A stretch of DNA of 64,000 nt, taken from positions 36,821,091 to 36,885,090 of the forward strand of contig NC_068983.1 in NCBI RefSeq assembly GCF_001194135.2, in the 5' to 3' direction. Shown one piece after another: positions 40,574 through 50,475 of this stretch. Source of the DNA: Octopus bimaculoides (Eukaryota). The first letter of the stretch is position 1; the number at the start of each line of letters is the position of its first letter. A program made the translations under genes and the position numbers. The notes below the pieces were generated by a model. It was not told the origin of the DNA. It did not search any database and was given only the letters and a program-made list of their open reading frames with translations.

Positions 40574-41249
40574 TCCCAAACTTTTTCGGGCTGTCGCCCC
40601 CTTGAAACCCGGGCCACATCCCTAACACCCCACCCCACCATCACAGACACTTACTCTTTCTGAAGCAAATTCAAAAATAACTGTTTTTCAAAAATAAAAC
40701 TTAACCTAATGAACCCATTCTTGTGTTGCTTTTACACGCATAGCAAGGCGACGAGCTGGCAGCGACTTTGCCTTTCATCCTTTCAGGGTCGATAAATTAA
40801 GTACCAGTTACGCACTGGGGTTGATGTAATCGACTTAATCCCTTTGTCTGTACTTGTTTGTTCCGTCTATGTTTAGCCCCTTGTGGGCAATAAAGAAATA
40901 AGAAACGTTAGTACACCGGGTGAAATGCTTAGCGGTATTTCGTCCGTCTTTACGTTCTGAGTTCAAATTCCGCTGAGGTCGACTTTGCCTTTCATCCTTT
41001 CGGGATCGATAAGTTAAGTACCAGTTGCGTACTTGGGTTGATGTAATCGACTGGCCCCTCCCCAAAAATTTCTGGCTTTGTACCTAGAGTAGAAAAGTTT
41101 TTACATGAATCGCTACCCCATTATCATCCAACTTTTTACATGAATCGCTACCCTATTATCGCCTCACTTTTCTCCAACGCTCCCTTGGAACTTTCCACCG
41201 CCTTCAGAGGGGCAATGCCATCCACTGAACTAGATTATGGGAACCACTG
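40574..41249. mobile_element. hAT MITE with 8-bp TSD, interrupted by a SINE dimer
   Basis: Right TIR gggaaccactg (41239-41249); left end tcccaaacttttt lacks the first bases of cagtggt; TSD aactagtt at 40566-40573 and 41250-41257. Confidence 0.75.
40745..41097 (+). mobile_element. SINE family A dimer (left monomer internally deleted)
   Basis: Same junction (gggcaataaagaaataagaaacgttag) and tails as the 13015-13440 dimer. Confidence 0.87.
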
Positions 41250-41279
41250 AACTAGTTTATGGCTGACAAATAACAAAGT

Positions 41280-41910
41280 TTATTCAAAGTAGCCGCCCTC
41301 ACTTTCCACCTCAAGACGGCTCGGGAACCTGGCACATGCATTGCTCACTGTGTCCTTGGGAGGATCCTCCAATACCCTCTTGTTCATGGCCACCCGCTCG
41401 TCCTTGGTGTTACAGGCAGAGTGATTGGCATCTTTATCAACTGCGACCCACATATAGTAATCCATGTGATTACATTCGGTAGGATTAGGAAGCCAGAAAT
41501 TGGGGCTGGTAAAGTCATAAAAATTCGTCGACAATCACTTCGAGCTCTTTCCAATGGTACGGCAAGGAATCAAATCCTGCTGTCTCACATATGGCCTTCC
41601 AGCAATAACTTTCTCTAACCAAGGTTTGACATCTGCAACAGTTACACATAGCCATCTCAATTGAATCTAAGACCCCGTTCAAAGATGTGGGTGGCATGAC
41701 GTCACGCTCACTAAAGGTACACCCAAAGACCAACACATTTAGGGCAACTTGGTTTTCACAAAACGTAGAACACGTCTTACAAATCTTTGCAGTGTTCACA
41801 GAGCAGCAGTTACGATGTTGGCATACTGATACTCGGCGCGAATTCATGATACAATATTTAGATGGCTTTCATGTCCGCTAACTTTTTCTCAACAACTTTA
41901 ACCTTTATGC
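41280..41910 (-). pseudogene. Decayed Tc1/mariner-superfamily transposase, DD37D (maT-like)
   Basis: Minus strand across frameshifts and stops: VLVFGC..SERDVMP(P)HIFERGLRFN*DGYV...VKPWLEKVIAGRPYVRQQDLIPCRTIGKSSK*LSTNFYDFTSPNFWLPNPTECNHMDYYMW...EGGYFE*. There are 37 residues between the QQD and HMD aspartates. Confidence 0.9.
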
Positions 41911-42016
41911 TCTCCAGCGCCCTCGACTGTTTATCAATTTTATCAATACATAAAATTGTTTCTGAAAAAAGAAGACATAAGAAAATCGTCCAAATTAGCC
42001 CGAACACACACACACA

Positions 42017-42103
<87 letters not shown>

Positions 42104-42555
42104 NNNNNNNNNNNNNNNNNNNNNNNNNNNNNNNNNNNNNNNNNNNNNNNNNNNNNNNNNNNNNNNNNNNNNNNNNNNNNNNNNNNNNNNNNNNNNNNNN
42201 NNNNNNNNNNNNNNNNNNNNNNNNNNNNNNNNNNNNNNNNNNNNNNNNNNNNNNNNNNNNNNNNNNNNNNNNNNNNNNNNNNNNNNNNNNNNNNNNNNNN
42301 NNNNNNNNNNNNNNNNNNNNNNNNNNNNNNNNNNNNNNNNNNNNNNNNNNNNNNNNNNNNNNNNNNNNNNNNNNNNNNNNNNNNNNNNNNNNNNNNNNNN
42401 NNNNNNNNNNNNNNNNNNNNNNNNNNNNNNNNNNNNNNNNNNNNNNNNNNNNNNNNNNNNNNNNNNNNNNNNNNNNNNNNNNNNNNNNNNNNNNNNNNNN
42501 NNNNNNNNNNNNNNNNNNNNNNNNNNNNNNNNNNNNNNNNNNNNNNNNNNNNNNN

Positions 42556-42593
<38 letters not shown>

Positions 42594-42695
42594 GATAACA
42601 TCCACATGTATGTGAGTGTGTGTGTACACATATCATTTATAAAATACAGTATTGTATTCTCATATCAACTACTTTACGAATCTGTTTCATACCAA

Positions 42696-42783
42696 CTGTC
42701 TTCTACTATAGCCTCGGGCCGACCAAAGCCTTGTGACTGGATTTAGTAGATGGAAACTGAAAGAAGCCCGTCGTATATATATA
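42696..42783 (+). mobile_element. 5'-truncated family B SINE flanked by ~102-bp direct repeats
   Basis: ctgtcttctactatagcctcgggccgaccaaagcc...gaagcccgtcg(TA)n between near-identical copies at 42591-42695 and 42784-42885. Confidence 0.85.
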
Positions 42784-44213
42784 TACGATAACATCCACAT
42801 GTATGTGAGTGTGTGTGTACACATATTTATTAAATACAGTATTGTATTCTCATATCAGCTAATTTACGAATCTGTTTCATACCAAGGGTTGAGAAACACC
42901 CCGGCAATTATCAAAAAAGGGTGAAATGAATGGCAAGACGTGATCTCCTTTCACTCTTCTCTGATGATTGTCAAGGTTTTTCTCAACTCCTGGTGGGAAA
43001 CGCATTGCTAAATTGGCTGATATGAGAATATATTGTATCATATTAACAATATACCCACTCTGTTAACCGAAATATGATTGCCTGTGTCTTTTTTCTGACG
43101 CACAAATTTTTATGTAACTATATATATATACATACTCATATGTATATACGTGTGTGTGACTGTGTGTGTGTATAATACATACAGTATGTGAAAGCGGATA
43201 TGTAAAAACCCAGATAATAACCTCTGCCAGCACTCAAGCAAATCCTGGTTAACAGGATGCATAGAAGGGAAAACGATCCACTAAATCAAAATTGCCCACA
43301 AACTAAAAATCAACCGCAGAATATTACATAAAATGTATAAACGAATGAAGACCTTGATATTTTTGTAAAATACTCAAACACAAATATCATGTCCTGTACC
43401 CAGATATGCATCTATATATATATACATGTAGATTTAGATATGTACATACATGTACGTATATATGCATATACTCACATATTATTTGTATTATTACATGATC
43501 GAACGCACGCGTCATCTTTGCAAGTAAGTTTTAACTTTATATTTCTGACGCGACTCTATCTATCTTTGTATCTTTCTCCCCCTCTCGTTCTTCCTTCTGT
43601 TGTTCTTCACTTCCCCCTTCACTACTATATATTTCTCTCTTCCTCCCCGTCTCTCGTTGCTCACCTATATTCTACTTCTTCCCCTTTTTCCTCCCTCTAC
43701 CACTCTTTCTTCTTACCTCTCGCTGGTCACGTGTGTCCGGCTACTTCCTCCTTTTCTATCTTGGCCATTGCCAAGCTCGCACGAACTTTTTTCTTCTCTC
43801 TTCCTTCCAGTTCGTCACATCACAGCGTTCAGTATGCAGACATTTTTTTTTCACGTCTGGCCTTATGGCCCTGCTTCTTTATTATCACTGTTTCGTTTTC
43901 CTGTCTTGTTTTCTGTTCGCCACTACATTCCTCCGCGTTACAAATTTAATTTGTTTCCGCGGGAAGAGCCATTCTAACAATGCGTCCTGCCCTAACTCTT
44001 CGAAACGCTTAGTTTTAGAATGGTGGCAGCTGATGAAAGAAATATTCTCTATGTGGCCTGTGTGTTTTCTGTCCTCTATTTATGTTCTGTTTCTCATTTT
44101 GTCCACGTTTTTTTGTAACGTCCTGTACCCAGATATGCATCTATATACATGTAGATGTAGGTATGTACATACATGTACGTATATATGCATATACTCACAT
44201 ATTATTTGTATTA

Positions 44214-44257
<44 letters not shown>

Positions 44258-44276
44258 GTATGTACGTATGTATGTA

Positions 44277-44692
44277 TTAAATAAAATGAGACAACAAAAC
44301 CAAAGCAGTGTAAACTTTCTAGGACATTTATAAAGAGAGAAGTAGTCTTACACCTGTTTCGGGGATATAAAGGATATCCCATCGTCAGAGACGATGTGAG
44401 AGAGTTAAATAGAAGAAAATAGTAGAGTTCAATACCAGAAATATATAAGAAATATAGTTCAATAAAGGGAAATATGAGAATAAAAATAAAAATATATGTT
44501 GGATGTTTTCCCTTTATACTTCCTATATATCTCCCTTTTCAAAATAACTTCTTATGTCGAACTCTACTATTTCCTTCTATTTAAGGATGGGATATCCTTT
44601 AGATCCCTGAAACAGCTGTAAGACGACCTCTCTTTTTATAAATGTCCTCGAAATTTCACACTGCCTTGGCTTTGTTGTCCCATTTTATTTAA
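44277..44692. mobile_element. Palindromic Penelope-like element terminus (inverted arms of about 180-190 bp)
   Basis: Arms at about 44277-44469 and 44511-44692 are reverse complements with scattered substitutions and carry a hammerhead motif. Inverted ends with minimal hammerheads are established features of Penelope-like elements; the class is inferred because no RT or GIY-YIG coding sequence is seen. Confidence 0.65.
44345..44394 (-). ncRNA. Minimal type I hammerhead ribozyme motif
   Basis: Minus strand: ucgucu-CUGACGA-u-gggauau-ccuuu-auauccc-c-GAAAC-aggu-GUA-agac. Core CUGANGA (44382-44388), GAAAC (44356-44360), triplet GUA (44349-44351), stem I gucu/agac, 7-bp stem II. Confidence 0.78.
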
Positions 44693-44856
44693 CATATACA
44701 CGCTCACACACGACCCATGTTAGACTCCTCACTCGTACTATTATCGAACCGGGAGTCTAAAAGCGGTCCTTCCGCAGCACTTACATAGCCTTACGTGCAT
44801 TTTGGTTGTTGTTCTGATACCAAAACTTCTCATATTAAATATATATGTTAGCTTAA

Positions 44857-45077
44857 CTTCACTTTTTAGCGTTCAGACTACTCTGTCAAATTTAATACTC
44901 ATTCACATTGTTACGAAATAAACCGTACGTTATCTTGTAGCTTTGAGATTTCGATGATGTCTTTGTTTATTTTTAGAATGACATTGTAGGTAAGTGTGAG
45001 CGGTTGGTTCTGGTCAGTTTCAGCATAAAACGGGTAGAATATTTGGGTTTGATAAAACCTGTTTGAATGCTAAAATG
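44857..45077. mobile_element. piggyBac-like MITE, degraded
   Basis: TTAA on both sides (44853-44856, 45078-45081); imperfect inverted ends ttttagc / gctaaaa. Confidence 0.5.
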
Positions 45078-45384
45078 TTAAGCAAGGCCTTCGACAGAGG
45101 CGACCACAACATTCAACCGTTCACTTGTTAACATTATCCAACATTAGAATCCATGGAAAGCTACTACACTGAAGTATTTTCTGATAAGTGAAACCCAAAA
45201 CGTTATGATCGATGGAATTCACTGAAGTCCACAAGGGGCTGTTTTGGGTCCCCTTTTCTTCATAGTTTAATCTAAATGGCATCACAAAAGTCATCAAATA
45301 GCAAAATATAACTATTCGCAGATAACCCAAAGTTTCAGAAAGTTGCCAACGGAAAAGTAAGCCGAAAACTGCAGTCTGATCGGT

Positions 45385-45485
45385 GTTACTTTAGAGTGCG
45401 GACTACCACAGTTTCTATAGCCTACATTGAGGTAATGATCTGATTAGAGGTTAGGGTTAGGAGTAGACTGCACACTAAAGCGTAA
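45385..45485. mobile_element. Second copy of the ~100-bp TIR element
   Basis: gttactttagagtgcggactac ... ggttagggttagg ... gtagactgcacactaaagcgtaa; reverse-complement homologue of 29568-29662. Confidence 0.7.
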
Positions 45486-45662
45486 ATGACCATGTGGGCC
45501 GCATGCGAAAGTGGCACTGTCTGATCTATATGTGTTGTAAACCAACTGGCAGGGAAAAAAACATGCTGCTAAACGAAAGGATATTTAATCTTTGGAAAAG
45601 AATATAAAGTTAAACCGTCATAATCGATTCTCTTAAGATGATTGTTCATCGTAACTAACAGT

Positions 45663-45890
45663 ATCAGAGAACTAGGAGTAATTGTGGCCAAAACAAGCCT
45701 GAGCTTCAGCGCCCACTTCAACAATAAAGTTGATATGGCTCACAGGATGAGCTCCTGAATGGATCCTCGGGAATTTTCTGTCCACAGAGCCTGATGCCAT
45801 CAAGCTTCTTATCTCCTTTTTTAGTCATACGTAGACCATTGTTGATTCCTTGTGGGCTCTCTATATCAAACAAAGCATTATGGAAATTGT
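45663..45890 (+). pseudogene. CR1/L2-type LINE reverse transcriptase C-terminal fragment
   Basis: IRELGVIVAKTSLSFSAHFNNKVDMAHRMSS*, then frameshifted ILGNFLSTEPDAIKLLISFF...SLWALYIKQSIME; matches the DLGVxVDxxLSFxxHI...ILRxF...LWSPY pattern of CR1-clade RTs. Confidence 0.65.
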
Positions 45891-46889
45891 GACTATACTG
45901 AGAGCAAATACAAAAATAAATAAACTGTGGTGAGAAGTTTACTTCCCAACTACATGAATCTGGGTTCAGTCCCACAGCGTGACATCTTAGGCTAGAGTCT
46001 TCCGCTGTAGTTTCGGGTCGACCAAAGCCTTGTAAGTAAATGTGAGTGTAAGTGGTTATACATGTGTGTTTAGCCCCAAAAGACTCAGAAACGGTGCATC
46101 CTCGAGAAAAACTAATTTGATCTTCGAAATCTGCATCATGAAGGAGAGATCGTCCATAAATAATAATAAAAATATATAATTTTCTTCGAGAAATAACTTA
46201 TCTTTTAGATTGACAACTCTCCCACTCTTTATCTTTCATCACCAATGTGTTTCTCTCTATCTATGTATGTATATGTCAGAGTGACAAAGAAATAAATAAG
46301 GTAGAAGGTGGTCGTGGGGTGTGCTAGAAACAACAGCTAAATCTCCCTTAAATCACACATCTTTTCTCCTGGAAATTATTTTGAAATTATAACCAGAAAC
46401 AAATTGCAGATTCGGACTGTCCATATTTTAAAACTATGATTTAAAAAAAGAATTGAGAAAAAAGCCGAAATTTTAGGATTTATAGAGACGCGCAGTTAAT
46501 GAAAAAATTTAAAAGGGTTACACTATTGTTTTTAAATTACGTTTCATTCTTCTGTTTGAAAATAAAGGAAGTCAGGATTGTAACGGTGACTGCCATTTCC
46601 AAAAGTTTTATCTTTTTTTAAACCTTCAAGGATTTTCTGTCCTTTTTAAGTGCGCAGTGCAAAACAAAATTGACCAAAATCGGTATTGAGAGGAGGAGGG
46701 AGATTTGAAAAAAAAAAAACTCATAAATTTTCCCAAATATATTTCATAAAAAGCTTCATTTGTAAGGTTGTGGGGAGAAAAAAATTGAAAAATCTCCGTC
46801 AAAACGGAGAGGATCCAACTTAAGTGGGTGTACCATCCCGGAAAGTTCGCCAGTAAAAATTACCCAGTAAAGATGAGATGCTCAACTAG

Positions 46890-46930
<41 letters not shown>

Positions 46931-47446
46931 NNNNNNNNNNNNNNNNNNNNNNNNNNNNNNNNNNNNNNNNNNNNNNNNNNNNNNNNNNNNNNNNNNNNNN
47001 NNNNNNNNNNNNNNNNNNNNNNNNNNNNNNNNNNNNNNNNNNNNNNNNNNNNNNNNNNNNNNNNNNNNNNNNNNNNNNNNNNNNNNNNNNNNNNNNNNNN
47101 NNNNNNNNNNNNNNNNNNNNNNNNNNNNNNNNNNNNNNNNNNNNNNNNNNNNNNNNNNNNNNNNNNNNNNNNNNNNNNNNNNNNNNNNNNNNNNNNNNNN
47201 NNNNNNNNNNNNNNNNNNNNNNNNNNNNNNNNNNNNNNNNNNNNNNNNNNNNNNNNNNNNNNNNNNNNNNNNNNNNNNNNNNNNNNNNNNNNNNNNNNNN
47301 NNNNNNNNNNNNNNNNNNNNNNNNNNNNNNNNNNNNNNNNNNNNNNNNNNNNNNNNNNNNNNNNNNNNNNNNNNNNNNNNNNNNNNNNNNNNNNNNNNNN
47401 NNNNNNNNNNNNNNNNNNNNNNNNNNNNNTCTTATATATATATATA

Positions 47447-47750
47447 TCTTACTATAATGGGCGTTATATCCGTGGGTTCCCTCTTCGCGGTCAAACGGTT
47501 GGACCAATGGTCACGATGTTTTTCGGGATTACGAAGGAGGTAATCAAGAAGGATTTTAGCGAAAAAAATGTGAAAAAGTATGTTATTTAGTGGATATTAA
47601 ATTTTGTATTAATAAATCCCCTTTGTTAAAATTCCGGAGACGAGGATTAACTCTGTATTCACCACCACTCCCCGTAAGTTCGTGAATTTAAAGGGTTTAG
47701 ATTTGCGATACTATCCCTTTATTTCCCATCGGAGAGGGACAGATTTGCTA
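47447..47750 (+). mobile_element. Non-autonomous Helitron-like unit 1 (304 bp)
   Basis: Starts A|TCTTACTATAATGGGCGTTA after a (TA)n tract; ends with hairpin tccc-atcggaga-ggga then cagatttgcta, abutting a second homologous 5' end. Confidence 0.7.
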
Positions 47751-48907
47751 TCTTACTATAATGGGCGTTATGTCCGTCTGTCTGTCTCTTCGTCTGTTCC
47801 CTTTTCACGGCCGAGCGGTTAGACCAATGGCTACGATATTTTTCGGGATTACAAAGACGGTCGTGAGGAAGGTTTTTAGCATTAAAACAAAAAATCAGAA
47901 AGTATGATTATTTCGTGAATATCGATTTTTGAATTGATAAACCATCTTCGCATTTTTATTAAAAATTCACCGACCACGAGTAACTCTGGGTTTTCATCGT
48001 ATAGTTCGTGGCCCCATCGTAGATACAAGCGGGTTGCGAGGACGGTTAATAGCGAACATAAAATGGATAAAGTGTGTGTCAGTATATAGTGTGTGTGATT
48101 ATTTAGTGGTTATTGAAGTGTGTCAGTCTTGAGCAGGATTCGAAACGGTTAATCGAAGCGGCTGTTGTTTGCATGTCAGTTTTGTCAATCAAAATAACCC
48201 ATGGTACCAGAACATCCAGACATTAGTCGTATAGAACAGTGAAAGGTAAGTCTTAGTTTGATTTTTTGCAACCCTAAAGATTCCGCTCGCGTATTCGCAG
48301 AAAACAAGGCACAGGGCCAGACTTAAGATCGAGTTGGTGTATTTTTTACCCACTGCGATGTTTACACAAGACCGGTTATACGTCGCTATGAGTAGAGCAA
48401 CGGACTCCAGTAATTTGATAATTAGTGTCAACCAAACAGAAAATATCGTCTACAAAGAAGTTTTGTAATCATATTGATAGTATCGAAAGGAATATGATTC
48501 ATTATTTAAGCAAGGAAATTTGTGAACTTTGAATGTATAAGTGTATAAGCAAGCGTAAAATAGTGTAAAGAACTAAAATAAAAGTATATTTAAATAACAT
48601 TTTTTTCTTAATACTTTTTGCGTAGTGGTCGCAGGAAGCTCTGGCTTTCGTTAGGAGTGGTCCACACAACCATTCATGATACTGGGAGCCTATTTCAGTT
48701 CGAGAGTGAATCGTCATCACATGTCACATAGTCACAAACACATGTAATATAGCTACAATAGATTGCTGTATCACCAACAATAACGTAATTTCTCTAAGAC
48801 ATAACCCAGTAATCTATCAAGCCCATTTACACATCTCTCAATACATACTGCTGTTATGACACCCTTCCCTCATTTTATGGCTTCATCGTAGATGGGTAGA
48901 TTTGCTA

Positions 48908-48908
<1 letters not shown>
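47751..48908 (+). mobile_element. Internally deleted Helitron unit 2 (1158 bp)
   Basis: Same 5' end TCTTACTATAATGGGCGTTA followed by a gtctgtct tract, helicase relic inside, 3' hairpin catc-gta-gatg and terminus GCTAG|T at 48908, followed by (TA)n. Confidence 0.82.
48279..48468 (+). pseudogene. Helitron RepHel PIF1-type helicase C-terminal relic
   Basis: IPLAYS / ENKAQGQT*DRVGVF / LPTAMFTQDRLYVAMSRATDSSNLIISVNQTENIVYKEVL*, matching the INKAQGQT..VG...QLYVALSR...NIVYKEVL end of Helitron helicases, with two frameshifts and one internal stop. Confidence 0.85.
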
Positions 48909-48962
<54 letters not shown>

Positions 48963-50052
48963 AGCAAATCTACCCATCTACTCATCAAATATCTCACCCT
49001 GAGATATTTGAACCTTCATGAGAAACATGGTATATGTACCATCATGACGATCTTGAAGATTCTCTTTCGTAGACTATGTTTAGGACTCATGGAGATAAAT
49101 GCTTTGTACACATGCTTTGAAGAGCACAGCACCAGCATTATTGTCTTTGTAATATTTGACTGCCAGATGTCTTAGTGATCGTAACAGGTTCTCCAAACCA
49201 GCTCCTTGTACGTCAGAATGGTCTTCTTACTGTCATCTACATAAACCTAAGGTATTTCAAGTCACTGACCACATTGAGCTGTGTACCATTCTAAAAACGA
49301 GCATAAAATTGTAGATTTTTGAAGCTAGGGTGGATGGGAGAGCATAATTCCTCTGTAATACTATGGAAGTAGAATAATTAAATACTTTAGGGGGACAGTT
49401 GGTTTGTTCCCGTTACAGATTTCGTTACATAAGTACTACAAGTATTTCTGGAAGAGTAAAGACTTTCTGATGACGGCTGCGACGTTTGACTTGCTACTTG
49501 GTTTCTTAATCCTTTCAGGCATTTTAAAACCTTTTTCGTGGTAAATGGACCAGTCGCAATCGGCTACCTGTTAGTTTGTGGATGAAGAAAGGTCGTTGTC
49601 AAGATTAGTGTTGCGAAACCAGACATCTAGACGCTAGTCCATGGTTTCCTTACTGTATGGATCACTGGGAAAACTCTCTCAGTGATCTATACAGGCACAA
49701 ACGCACTCACACATGTATAAAGAACGACAGAGAGAGAGAGAGAGAGAGAGGTAGGTAGGGTAAGAAGAGGGGAGGTAAGAGAATACTAAGATCAAATATA
49801 CACATCACATGCATTCCGTCAGAACTACAAGAATCACTTCAACATGTTTGTCGCAATACATCTGGAAATTCAAAAATAGAAGACCTAACAAAACTTCAAT
49901 GAAATTTAATCATGCCATTGTAAATGAGACACATTGCTACATAAGATGTGGCACTTAGGGAAAGGTACCACATCTTAATAACAACAGATATTTATTCCTC
50001 TATAGAGAAGAAATCAGGCATAAGACGCATAACCTCTCCTTCTGAAAAGAAA

Positions 50053-50090
<38 letters not shown>

Positions 50091-50309
50091 AGATTTCCAT
50101 GCTGAAAATTTGAAATCTAAACAGAGTAAAAAAGCCTATCAAAATCAACTTTTTCTATCTGGAGTTATCTTTCCTTGGTTCCAAACTTGCCTTGAACAAA
50201 TGATGTAGACTAATTTTTCTTTGCGAGGAAAAGACACACACATAGACGCACACATAGACACACAAAACACACACACACACACACACATACAAAAATACGT
50301 ACATACATG

Positions 50310-50475
50310 CACGACGAACTTCATTCAGTTTCCGCTTTCTAAATCCACTCACGTGACTTTGGTTGGCCTGTGGCTATAACAGAAGACACCTGTCCAAGGT
50401 GACACGCAACAGGATTGAACACGGAACCAAGTGGTTGGGAAGCAAAACTTCTTACCATACAGCCACGCCTACACC
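50310..50475 (-). mobile_element. SINE family B head and CORE-like block
   Basis: Reverse complement: ggcgtggctgtatggtaagaag...ggttccgtgttcaatcc...caccttggacaggtgtcttctgttatagcc. Confidence 0.78.
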
